Positions 39,335 through 48,399 of a stretch of 64,000 nt of DNA are shown here, one piece after another. The DNA lies in the NCBI GenBank assembly GCA_021836035.1, contig JAKBJL010000004.1:67841-131840 (forward strand). Reading direction: 5' to 3'. Source of the stretch: a bacterium (lineage in GTDB: Bacteria; Patescibacteriota; Microgenomatia; JAMCZE01). Position numbers and translations under genes: made by a program. How positions within the stretch are numbered: position 1 is the stretch's first letter; every line of letters begins with the position of its first letter. The notes beneath the pieces are model-generated. The model searched no databases and had not been told where the DNA came from. It saw nothing but the letters and a program-made list of their open reading frames with translations.

Positions 39335-39399
39335 ACCTCCACCGGATTGCTCCGATACGCTCCTGAAGCGTACGCGTATACCAATTCCGCCATCAGCCC
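39313..39399 (-). tRNA. tRNA-Leu (anticodon CAG) with encoded CCA.
   Basis: Reverse complement GGGCTGATGGCGGAATTGGTATACGCGTACGCTTCAGGAGCGTATCGGAGCAATCCGGTGGAGGTTCAAGTCCTCTTCAGCCCACCA. Confidence 0.85.
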
Positions 39400-39738
39400 G
39401 TTCCCACGCAAAATTATACCATTTTAGATATAATTAAAACCAGAAAAATATAGTGCACGGCCGCCTGCTCACCGTGCAAGTCAGCTGGCTGGCGTTACGG
39501 GCAGGTCAAAGATTTTGGGTTTTATAAAAAGTCAAAAATATCGGTAAACTATATCTGGGCAAATGAACGATCTGGGGTCTAGAATAAACGAGCATAACAT
39601 GGGGAAGGTATAATCAACGAAAAACAAGGATACCGTTAATTTTTGTTTATTATGAAGCTAGTTTAAATAGAGATAAAGCGTAAAAAGAGAGAAATATTCC
39701 AAAACTGGTTTCGGTAGAAATTTTAAATTAAGAACATA

Positions 39739-39809
39739 TTGCCCGGTCGTCTAACGGTAGGACAAAGGACTTTGGATCCTTGAATCATGGTTCGAATCCA
39801 TGCTGGGCA
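39739..39809 (+). tRNA. tRNA-Gln (anticodon TTG).
   Basis: TGCCCGGTCGTCTAACGGTAGGACAAAGGACTTTGGATCCTTGAATCATGGTTCGAATCCATGCTGGGCAG. Confidence 0.75.
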
Positions 39810-39918
39810 GCAAATTAGTTTGGCTTCATATTTTCCTCAATGCGGATTTCGAATCGAACCTTTGGATTGTTTTATATAAGTCAGTGGTATGAAGCATAGT
39901 TACATTTACCTTTGGTGG

Positions 39919-40776
39919 TTATTTATAGTCGTTTAGAGCAAAACTAACCCGATACAGTTTTGCCGCAACCTTTTGGTTAATCTGCCGGATGGCATATTCC
40001 AATTTTTTATCCTTCTCCCGGACCACAATCAAAGCTCTAACCTTTTTTCCTTTCGCTAAATTGTCTTCTACCCAAGTGATATACCGGAGCACCTGCCCAA
40101 CAACTTCATCATTCTTCCTTCCTTTCTTAAGTTCTAGGATTACGAAGTTTTTATCCTGATCTGTGGCTAGTATATCAATATAACCCGCATCACCAGCTAA
40201 ATATTGCTAACCAACATTTCCATTTTCATCCTGAAATATCTCCAATTTTTCTCCAAAATCAATTTTTGCCCAATTATCAACAATAAATTCTTCCAGGTAT
40301 TTTTCCAAAGCGAACTCCATTTCTTCCGGCTTAGTAACCGGGCCTTGTTCGCTAACCTGTGCCCCCAATATCGTTAGGAAATCTTTCTCCGAAATTTTGC
40401 TTGAACCACCCTGAGCTGGTCGCCATTCTAAATTTGCAAACTCCTTTCTCGGTTTAGGTTCTGAAAAGACCACTACATCTTCCAAATCAATACGTAAGGT
40501 CTCTGGATCGAGGAACCAATCTTTTGACTCCCCGGACTTATCTTCGTAAGGAGTGGATTTAAGAGTTGCCGCTCCCACAAACACCTGGTTGTCTGGTCCT
40601 GTTAAATAAAATACCACCTTATCCCCAGGTTGAATCGCTTTTCTGTTTGGGGTATTAAAACCAAATCCCCATACAGATTTACCCCGGACCAGGAAATCGA
40701 AAACTTCTTGAGCGATTCTTTGTTTACCGTATTTTGATTGGTCGGCTACCTGAAAAACGTAATAGTTCATAATCAC
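39919..40776 (-). pseudogene. EVE/PUA-like domain fused to a PD-(D/E)xK (NucS/DUF91-like) nuclease, interrupted by an in-frame TAG at plus 40207..40209. Candidate modification-dependent (type IV-like) restriction enzyme.
   Basis: N-terminal EVE-like features YYVFQV....VWGFGFN....GDKVVFY. After the TAG the same frame continues QYLAGDAGYIDILATDQDKNFVILELKKGRKNDEVVGQVLRYITWV (D..D/ELK nuclease core), ending with a TAA at 39919. Confidence 0.6.
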
Positions 40777-40832
40777 TTGTGCTCACATAGATTATAATCC
40801 AGTTTTACTTAATATGTTATATAATTGAAAGT

Positions 40833-41174
40833 ATGTCAGTTGCTCCATTTTCACCAAGTGTAATAAAGGGTAACATGATCTTCACTTCTGGCCAAATTTA
40901 TCTAAAAGATGGAAAGCTTTTAGAAGGAACGATTGAGGAACAAACTCACCAGGTAATGAAAAATCTAAAAGCCGTTTTGGAAAATGCCGGAGTAACCTTT
41001 AATGACGTAGTAAAAACCACGATTTATACGACGGATATGTCTTTATACGGAAAAGTCAATGAAGTTTACGCAACCTACTTTACCGATTCATTCCCCGCTC
41101 GGGAAATGGTTTGTGTCAAAGAATTGCCGCTCGGAGCCCAGCTGGAGATAAGTATGATCGCTGTTAAAAGCTAA
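40833..41174 (+). CDS. ridA: RidA/YjgF family reactive-intermediate deaminase.
   Basis: 113 aa with the characteristic pattern FTSGQI...VVKTTIYTTDMSLYGKVNEVY...PAREMVCVKELPLGAQLEISMIA. Confidence 0.8.
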   Translation: MSVAPFSPSVIKGNMIFTSGQIYLKDGKLLEGTIEEQTHQVMKNLKAVLENAGVTFNDVVKTTIYTTDMSLYGKVNEVYATYFTDSFPAREMVCVKELPLGAQLEISMIAVKS

Positions 41175-41917
41175 TTTACCCCAACTACTTCTTTTCTTAA
41201 TTTTTCGCTCAAGTTAACGTAGCCGTCGTACCAGTGAAGATCTTTGAAAAGCTGGTACAAGGGACCGTTTTGGACAGCACTTAATTCCAAAGCCATGTCC
41301 GTAAAGCAATCTTTGCGGTAGTAATCACTTTTGATTCCATCTTTATCTAGTCGGGACAGTAGCAACTCATAAACATGAACGACTTCACCAAGGAATGTCC
41401 CTTTGGGATCACCACCCCTAACCGCCTGAAAAGCCATGCCAGTAGAGCCAACGTCATTATCAAGTATTTCGATAGCTGTTGGCAGACGTCCAAGTTTTTC
41501 CTGGAGTCTTTTAACGTCTTCGTCCCCTTCTTTCATCTTTTCAGACATAATGTTTAAAGTTTCTGTAAATTTCTGTGCTGTCGGTGTTGCTTCAATTTTC
41601 CCACTCTTAAGAGGAGTATTCCTAAATTCGTCCCTAAATAGAGATAAAATTTCTTCCATGGTAGCCAGATGGGGAGAACTTTCTTTCAAGGCCACGGTGT
41701 TTCTCATCATTTCTTGTTGTTCGGGAGCCAAACTGTCAACTTCTAGGGAGTTAAACTTATTCACAATGTCATTTAAGCCAGAAATTACTAGACTAAAATA
41801 AGCAGGATTCTCTGCTAAAATTTTGTTTGCGGTTTCTAAAGTTGGCCAGCTATCAAACATTGCTGCCATTACTCGACCGGCAGTTCCTACCTCGATTTTG
41901 CTAGATAAGTTTGTCAT
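41171..41917 (-). CDS. Hypothetical protein.
   Basis: 248-aa ORF. Confidence 0.4.
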   Translation of the reverse strand: MTNLSSKIEVGTAGRVMAAMFDSWPTLETANKILAENPAYFSLVISGLNDIVNKFNSLEVDSLAPEQQEMMRNTVALKESSPHLATMEEILSLFRDEFRNTPLKSGKIEATPTAQKFTETLNIMSEKMKEGDEDVKRLQEKLGRLPTAIEILDNDVGSTGMAFQAVRGGDPKGTFLGEVVHVYELLLSRLDKDGIKSDYYRKDCFTDMALELSAVQNGPLYQLFKDLHWYDGYVNLSEKLRKEVVGVN

Positions 41918-41938
41918 TCTTCCTTGTGGATCAATTCG

Positions 41939-43156
41939 TTACAGACTTAACAGCTTTACAATAATATTAATTCCTTCATCTAAAAGTTTCCGATCGATGA
42001 CTAGCGGTGGCATAATTTGAATATTACCGCCGTCACCAATTACAAGGTGTAAACCATTTGCAAAAGCTTGATTAACCAATGTTTTAGCCGCATCTCCATC
42101 CACTAGTTCTAATCCAATCTCCATCCCTATTCCCCGGATATCGTTGACTTTAGGATTATTTACTAATTTGGTTTCCAAGGTTCTTATTAAGTATTGGCCG
42201 TCTTTTTCCGCTTTTTCCCAAACCCTATCTCGTTTGTGAATTTCTAGAGTCTTAAGAGCGGCAGCACAGGAGAGCGGGTTCCAACCAAAGGTTGAGGTTA
42301 AATTTGTCTTTCCCAGAGTCGTCTCAATGATTTCTTTTCTAGTAACCATGGTTCCAATTGTTCCCGCTCCGTTGCATGATGCTTTGGCAAAAGTTACAAT
42401 ATCCGGGACTACATTTTCTAATTCCATACCGAACAATTTCCCCAATCTAGAAAAGCCGGTTCCCACCTCATCGAGAATTAAAAGCGTACCATATTTTTCC
42501 GTAAGTTCACGCACTAGTTTTAGATATCCTTTGGGGGCAACATAAGTTGATCCCCAACCGGTAATAATTCCTGCTTCGGTAACGATTGCCGCTATATCCT
42601 TTTGGGAAAGCAACATCTCTAATTCTTCGGCAAAGTTTTTCAAAACTTCCTCCGGAGTCTTATCTTTTTGTAGTCGAGGAAAATCCATTTGAATGAATTC
42701 GGGGACCAAAGGAGCAATTGCTTCCACATATTCAGGTCGGTAACCAATAGCCATAACCCCAAACGATTGACCATGATATGTATTTTTAAATCCAATAATC
42801 TTTTTCCTGCCAGTAAAAGCTCTAGCTGTTTTCAATGCTTCCTCATTTGCCTCTGTCCCGCCGGTTGCTCGGGAAATAGTGTCTAAAGATTTAGGAAGTG
42901 CTTCTGTTAATGCTTTTGCGTATGCAATCTGGATTTCATCAGAAGACCAGAGGATATTATGAACATTTTTACTCAACTGCCCACTTATTGCTTGATTGAT
43001 TTCTGAATTATTCCATCCCAGGTTAGTAACATTCCAGGCACAGGTAAAATCAATGAGTTTTTTGTCATCTTTTGTCCAGAGATAGCTTCCTTCTGCCTTT
43101 TCTAAGTCAAACGTCCAATCAGTCGCATCATTAAATACAATCCTATTTTTAATCAT
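41939..43156 (-). CDS. Class III (PLP-dependent) aminotransferase.
   Basis: LILDEVGTGFSRLGKLFG...VTFAKASCNG matches the DEVQTGFGRTG / FAK PLP-lysine region. Confidence 0.75.
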   Translation of the reverse strand: MIKNRIVFNDATDWTFDLEKAEGSYLWTKDDKKLIDFTCAWNVTNLGWNNSEINQAISGQLSKNVHNILWSSDEIQIAYAKALTEALPKSLDTISRATGGTEANEEALKTARAFTGRKKIIGFKNTYHGQSFGVMAIGYRPEYVEAIAPLVPEFIQMDFPRLQKDKTPEEVLKNFAEELEMLLSQKDIAAIVTEAGIITGWGSTYVAPKGYLKLVRELTEKYGTLLILDEVGTGFSRLGKLFGMELENVVPDIVTFAKASCNGAGTIGTMVTRKEIIETTLGKTNLTSTFGWNPLSCAAALKTLEIHKRDRVWEKAEKDGQYLIRTLETKLVNNPKVNDIRGIGMEIGLELVDGDAAKTLVNQAFANGLHLVIGDGGNIQIMPPLVIDRKLLDEGINIIVKLLSL

Positions 43157-43195
43157 TACATAGATTATATACTAGTTCGGCTTATAATAAGAATT

Positions 43196-43612
43196 ATGAA
43201 TCATGGAGCTGGGATTGTGGTGGTCAGAGAAGATGGGGCCGTTTTGATGCAGCACCGGGATAATAAACCAGGAATCTTCTATCCTGATCATTGGTGCTAT
43301 CCCGCCGGTTCTGTCGATGAAGGTGAAGATTATAAGGAAGCGGCAAAGCGGGAGCTAAAAGAAGAGACGGGGTATGAACCTAAAGAGCTGTTTGAATTAA
43401 CAGATGAAATTTACACCCGAAGCGATGGCCAGCAAGTCAACCGTCATATCTTCTGGACCCCATACGACAACATACAAGAAATCAAATGTCTTGAAGGTCA
43501 GGAAATGCAATTTATCAAAGCCGAGGAATTTCCGGGTAAAAAATTCCTTCCCGGTCAAGAAAGACTGCTTAACTTAGCAATTCAAAAAGCGAAAGAAATA
43601 AGAAGGTTGTAA
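43196..43612 (+). CDS. NUDIX hydrolase.
   Basis: Nudix box PAGSVDEGEDYKEAAKRELKEETGYE. Confidence 0.8.
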   Translation: MNHGAGIVVVREDGAVLMQHRDNKPGIFYPDHWCYPAGSVDEGEDYKEAAKRELKEETGYEPKELFELTDEIYTRSDGQQVNRHIFWTPYDNIQEIKCLEGQEMQFIKAEEFPGKKFLPGQERLLNLAIQKAKEIRRL

Positions 43613-43943
43613 CTATAGATACATAACTGAAAATATTTCCTGGTAGAAGTTATTGACGCAGTTTATGAATCTCTACTACCCATATCGGCGTAAATCTGCA
43701 AATACTGGCGGCTTAAAGTTATTGGCTCGTAAGGTATAATCCAATCGTAGGTTCTAAACGCATTGGTCAGAGCCAGCAAGATTGGACACCAAGCGACCGT
43801 AAGCCCTAAAAAACCCGATTCTGCTTGCTAAATGTCATTTAATTTTAGGAAGTCTCGGACCGTACTCTTGTTATTCATGGTGAGAAAACGCCTTTGATGG
43901 AGTGTAAAATCTGCTACGATTAAAGCGATATCAAGGAAAATAT

Positions 43944-44396
43944 ATGATGAAAGATAAAATTACTCTCCATGCCAAGTGGCTTATCAAGGCTCCTATAACG
44001 GAGGTGTTTGACATAATAACTGACTTCGAAAAATGGCCCGAGTATTTTCCCAAAGTTGCAGCATCGATACAAGTCATAAGACATGAAGGAAATAACTTGG
44101 AAATGGACGCGACCGTTAAATCATTCGGCCAAAATTTTCCAGTAAAAATGAGAACTCAGATACTCCCCGGAAAGGGGTTCTTTTCGGATAATGAAAGCCC
44201 TAAATTTGGAACTTCCGGCCACGAGGAGTTGTTACTCTCTGAACAAGGTGAAGGAACGGTGATCGATTACACTTATCAAGTTACCATCCATAAATATTGG
44301 CTCCGTATAGTCGCAAAACCACTCATTGGCTGGTTTTCCATGAAATATTGGGAGAAATCTGTCATAGATGAACTTAGAAAAAGGATTGAGAGATAA
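43944..44396 (+). CDS. SRPBCC (polyketide cyclase/START-like) ligand-binding protein.
   Basis: 150 aa. ITDFEKWPEYFP is typical of Polyketide_cyc2/SRPBCC. Confidence 0.55.
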   Translation: MMKDKITLHAKWLIKAPITEVFDIITDFEKWPEYFPKVAASIQVIRHEGNNLEMDATVKSFGQNFPVKMRTQILPGKGFFSDNESPKFGTSGHEELLLSEQGEGTVIDYTYQVTIHKYWLRIVAKPLIGWFSMKYWEKSVIDELRKRIER

Positions 44397-44752
44397 AATC
44401 CTGAGCGTCGTTTAGTCTTTATATGAAGATGTATAAAGCTCTGGACGTTGAGGCTATGGTGAGAATAGTAGCCAGGCAAGGGAATACGGAATGGTGGAAC
44501 CTTAGCTATGGGATCCAGGAGATTAAAAACTCCTTTCAAACTTCTGAGTGTCGAGGCTGGGGTTCTAATTATTTGAGGTAAAAGATGAAAAGCTCAAATT
44601 TGTATAGGGATTAAATTGTGAGATTCAAAATCCCATCTCTTTTCGTTGGGCGTATTCCCGAAGCACTGGAAGCTGGATTTCTTTTAAGCACAAGCCCTGC
44701 TTTTCTTGTTTAAGGGTCGAAACTCGGGTAAGAATAACTGCTTTGGTCATAT

Positions 44753-46225
44753 TCAGGTTTGACTAACAATTTTGAAAGTTCCTTTCTGGCAATCAATTTC
44801 CACTACATCGTCATCGTGCAAAAGTTTTGTAGCTATTTCTGTGCCAACTATGCAAGGTTTTCCCAGTTCTCTTGAAACAATCGCTGCGTGGGAAAGAAGA
44901 CCACCTACATCAGTAATTATTGCTCCCGCCTTTTTCATTCCAATCACATAATCAGGACTTGTCATCGTGGTAACCAAAACATCGCCCTCTTCAAGTTTTA
45001 ATATATCTTTAATTGTTGGCACTAGCTTAACTTTGCCTCTGTAAGTCTCAACATTACCTGTTGAAGCGAGTGTCCCTTTAATAACGGCTTGTCCATTTTT
45101 AACTGTCGTGTCATAACTGTTTGCTATGGCAAGAGCATTTTGCCCAACAATTTGCTCAAGGCCGTTGTCAGAACAAAGGAAAAGCAGACACTCTTTCCTT
45201 TTATTGATATTGCTTTCGCTGAACGAGACAATAGCATCCTTTAATTCGTCTGGTAAAAGTAACTTAATATCTTCAACACTTCTGTTCGTTCGTCTCGCAA
45301 ACTCATTTACAAACTCCTCAAGGTAGTGGTCTCCTATAAAGTTAAACATTTTTCTCTCATCCTGCTTCTGCGCAAATTGGTCAGCTAATTCAATTAAAGA
45401 ACGAAAGTCTTGAGACGCGTTAAGCTCGTCGAGTAAATTATTTTTCTTCTCTAAAGTGGACTTAACATAAGTGTCAATTTCTGCTTTCAGTGCTTGGAAG
45501 TCTTTACTGCCTAATTCCTGTAACTCGTTTTCAAAAAAGTTAATATCCAACACCTTCGCTTCCAGATAACTATTGTGCATCCAAAAGTATATTTTTTGAT
45601 GGTCTTGAAGAGCCTGCTGTCGCTTGTGTAAAGGCATTTCCAACACTCGGATTAAATCCCTTTGCTCTTGGCGGTAGAAAGTTAGGAAAGCTGGAGTTGT
45701 GAGGATTACCATTGATTTATCAAACTCGGTTAAGTTTTTCGCTTTTATATAAGTTTTCAGCTTGTCTGATATTGCTGGTATTAAGCTGGTCGTAACAAGA
45801 TCCAGCGACATGGTAATTGTCCAATAACTCCAATATACTTTTGAGAAGTTTTTATAAGCCCTCGAAAGGCTGTTATCTGGCAGCTTATCGAACTTCAGCT
45901 TTTCCAGCTTTTCGAAAGCGTCTTTTAGGTTTTCAGTTCTCTTTTTCCATAAAGCGAGATATTTCAGCTTTCCTTTATTGTTAAAAACCGTTAACTGGCA
46001 AAACTTCTGGCTCGTCTGGATAAAATCTTCCTCGTCAAGCATCCAAAGAACTTGGTTATTCCGAAAAATTACAACCGAGAGCGGAAAGCACAAGCCCAAC
46101 CCCTTCTTCAGTGGAATAAAGGCAGGTTCCACAGTGAAGTACATAAAAAGTGGACAGGCAGAGATAGGCCCCCAACGAAACAGCTTCCTTTTTGGGTCAA
46201 GTAGTTTAGCCTCTATTTTTTTCAT
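44753..46225 (-). CDS. Protein with a C-terminal PEP-utilising-enzyme mobile (phosphohistidine swivel) domain and a ~400-aa N-terminal region of unknown function.
   Basis: VTTMTSPDYVIGMKKAGAIITDVGGLLSHAAIVSRELGKPCIVG matches the GGxxSHAAIxARE.G.P swivel-His motif. Confidence 0.6.
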   Translation of the reverse strand: MKKIEAKLLDPKRKLFRWGPISACPLFMYFTVEPAFIPLKKGLGLCFPLSVVIFRNNQVLWMLDEEDFIQTSQKFCQLTVFNNKGKLKYLALWKKRTENLKDAFEKLEKLKFDKLPDNSLSRAYKNFSKVYWSYWTITMSLDLVTTSLIPAISDKLKTYIKAKNLTEFDKSMVILTTPAFLTFYRQEQRDLIRVLEMPLHKRQQALQDHQKIYFWMHNSYLEAKVLDINFFENELQELGSKDFQALKAEIDTYVKSTLEKKNNLLDELNASQDFRSLIELADQFAQKQDERKMFNFIGDHYLEEFVNEFARRTNRSVEDIKLLLPDELKDAIVSFSESNINKRKECLLFLCSDNGLEQIVGQNALAIANSYDTTVKNGQAVIKGTLASTGNVETYRGKVKLVPTIKDILKLEEGDVLVTTMTSPDYVIGMKKAGAIITDVGGLLSHAAIVSRELGKPCIVGTEIATKLLHDDDVVEIDCQKGTFKIVSQT

Positions 46226-46395
46226 TTGATTTTTTGACTTTCAATAAAATTATTTAGGTCGCTCGCTTTAACTCTATATTGCTTTTGCATCTGATACGCT
46301 TTCAGCTTTCCCGCTTTAATCCAGCGATAGACTGTCATATAGGCAACTTTCAGGGTTTTGGCAACCTCTTTAGCGGTATAAAATTGATCTTCCAT
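46222..46395 (-). CDS. Excisionase-family helix-turn-helix DNA-binding protein (57 aa). Its TGA stop overlaps the ATG of the downstream gene (ATGA).
   Basis: Hand translation MEDQFYTAKEVAKTLKVAYMTVYRWIKAGKLKAYQMQKQYRVKASDLNNFIESQKIK gives an excisionase/MerR-like HTH. Absent from the ORF track because it is under 60 aa. Confidence 0.55.
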   Translation of the reverse strand: MEDQFYTAKEVAKTLKVAYMTVYRWIKAGKLKAYQMQKQYRVKASDLNNFIESQKIK

Positions 46396-46553
46396 AGTAT
46401 TAACTTACATTGACATTGTTTAACACTGCATCTCGAAAGTCAACTAGCTTGATAGATCTAAACTCATTTATCTTTGCCCTTAAAAGAGCAAACGGGCTTT
46501 CAGGATTTGGATAGGCAAGTTGTCAAGTGCCCCTTTTGTTGCACACGCTTTTT

Positions 46554-46880
46554 CTAAACAAAACGGCTTAGGAATTTAAGTTCGAATTTGGCTGGTGAAG
46601 TTTTGAGTTTGGTATAAATCCTCTCGTTGTTGTAGTAATTGATGGCTTGGTGGCTAGCCTCCACAAACTCACCAATAGTTTCAAACCGTTCAAACTCAAG
46701 TACTAAACCCCTCTTAAAGTTTTTAAATCAATACCAGTTTCACCTAAGACGTAGCCCAAAATTACCACTGAATATTTTTTAACCTTTTCTGCGGAGAGAT
46801 TTCTAAGAAAATAACTAGCTACTATCCCACCCTATGATTTATCAATTAACCTTATGCGATTGTAATCTTCTGCTTTACAA
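46554..46880 (-). mobile_element. Degraded IS-family transposase remnant (integrase-core C-terminal fragment).
   Basis: The minus-strand frame gives ...LEFERFETIGEFVEASHQAINYYNNERIYTKLKTSPAKFEL, the conserved tail of DDE (rve) transposases. Upstream coding is fragmentary. Confidence 0.4.
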
Positions 46881-46909
46881 AAGTCTAAGATTTAATTCAG
46901 GGCTTCCAA

Positions 46910-47203
46910 TTATTCTTTTATTTCTGGGCCGGAAGAATGATCTTCACCGGGATCTAGATAGGGAAAGTTAAAATTAGCTACCGGGTGATTAGCTTTGCGG
47001 CTAGCGTCAATAATTTTGCAAATAAACGGCGAATCCATACTGTATGAACCGCCATGAAGAACAACATCTATAATTTCTGCCTGCTTATTAAAAAAGAATT
47101 TAAAGTCTGACACCCGCAATAATCTTACTATAAATAAGAGTAATGAAGTCACGTCGCTCTTATACTTACCTTTTGTGCTAAAATAATGCGTATTATAGGA
47201 CAT
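46910..47203 (-). CDS. Hypothetical ORF, possibly a gene fragment.
   Basis: 97-aa ORF next to the IS remnant. No motif. Confidence 0.2.
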   Translation of the reverse strand: MSYNTHYFSTKGKYKSDVTSLLLFIVRLLRVSDFKFFFNKQAEIIDVVLHGGSYSMDSPFICKIIDASRKANHPVANFNFPYLDPGEDHSSGPEIKE

Positions 47204-48398
47204 GAAAAGGTTCGAGCAGCAACCAGTTCAAAACATACCGGAAAAACCCGGCAGAATCCATGTTCGCCGAGAGCAGAGTAATTTTGAACAAACTTCAAGA
47301 TATCACTGGGCGGGGTTGGCACAAAATCCAGGAGCGATTGAAAGAGACATTGAAGAGAAAGCGAGATCAATTCTTGAAAATCAAGGACGGATATCGCTAA
47401 GGTTGTTAAATGAAAACGAACCCGGATTAGCCTTTGCCGTTAAGAAGTACTACCCCGGAGGTTTAAGAAAACTAAAGGAAACTGTTGAAGCTGGTAACAA
47501 CCAGATAGAAGCTCCATTAAATGTCATCTTCAACGAAGCGGGTCTGCCCATTAGCAAAAGCGGAAATATTTGGTGGTCGATTTTAGCTAAGGATCAAGAA
47601 AAAGTGACAAGAGTCATTGAAACCGAAGCAAGGAAAATGCTAACTAGCGGTATTAAATTAACCCAGTCTGGAATTACAAAAGCGGGGCAGAGCGGGTTCA
47701 TAGCGGCTATATATCATTACTACCCAGGCGGACTACAAGCCTTAAAAAGGAAATTTGGACAAGAACTTTCCCAACACGAACACGGATATTGGACACCAGA
47801 GAAAATCAAAGACGAAAGCCTAAGGGTACTGGCCACTCATGGTAACTTAACCCAGGGATTACTCACATCTTTAAAGAGAAACGATTTAAGCATTGCTATC
47901 GCCCGAAAGTACCCCGGTGGATTAACACAATTAAAAAGAGACCTGGGCTTGGTAGAATCCACAAAAGAAGACGGCTATTGGAAAAACATTGATACTATTC
48001 GCAGCGAAGCAAAAATTTTCTTCCAAGAAACCGGAAAATTAGATACGGAATCTTTATATTCCGCAGGAAAAAGTAGTTTGGCTAGCGCCATTGTCAAACG
48101 CTATCCCGGCAGTTTTTATCGATTGCGTAAAGACCTTGGTTTAAAAGGCGGGAGAAAGCCCACTGGATTTTGGAGCAGCCAAGAGGGGCTGGATCTCATG
48201 CGGGTCGAAGCGCAAAACTTATTAAAGCAAGAGGGGCATATTACCGTCGAATTATTTAATGAGAGAAGGAAAAGTATGATTGGGTACGCCATCAGGCATT
48301 ACTACCCTGGTGGGATAAAACAACTTAAAGAAGAGTTAGGACATATAAACACTACGAACGAGGCCAATATCCAGATAGAGGCTTTATTAAAAGATTAA
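47202..48398 (+). CDS. Tandem-repeat protein A (398 aa) with five ~62-aa GYWT/YPGG repeats and a C-terminal EANIQIEALLKD tail.
   Basis: Repeats are delimited by YPGG: VKKYYPGGLRKLK, IYHYYPGGLQALK, IARKYPGGLTQLK, VKRYPGSFYRLR, IRHYYPGGIKQLK. Confidence 0.7.
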   Translation: MKRFEQQPVQNIPEKPGRIHVRREQSNFEQTSRYHWAGLAQNPGAIERDIEEKARSILENQGRISLRLLNENEPGLAFAVKKYYPGGLRKLKETVEAGNNQIEAPLNVIFNEAGLPISKSGNIWWSILAKDQEKVTRVIETEARKMLTSGIKLTQSGITKAGQSGFIAAIYHYYPGGLQALKRKFGQELSQHEHGYWTPEKIKDESLRVLATHGNLTQGLLTSLKRNDLSIAIARKYPGGLTQLKRDLGLVESTKEDGYWKNIDTIRSEAKIFFQETGKLDTESLYSAGKSSLASAIVKRYPGSFYRLRKDLGLKGGRKPTGFWSSQEGLDLMRVEAQNLLKQEGHITVELFNERRKSMIGYAIRHYYPGGIKQLKEELGHINTTNEANIQIEALLKD

Positions 48399-48399
48399 T

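Noticed and set aside
32462-40209. Stop-codon reassignment (an alternative genetic code) as the explanation for in-frame TAA/TAG.
   Set aside because: Two different stop codons are involved. TGA, TAA and TAG each terminate long, well-conserved core genes (uvrA, dnaE, typA) under the standard code. Pseudogenisation or sequencing error is more parsimonious.
39919-40776. A frameshift was my initial explanation for the split EVE-nuclease gene.
   Set aside because: After re-indexing, the downstream nuclease-core reading frame is the same frame as the upstream ORF. The interruption is a single in-frame TAG, not a frameshift.
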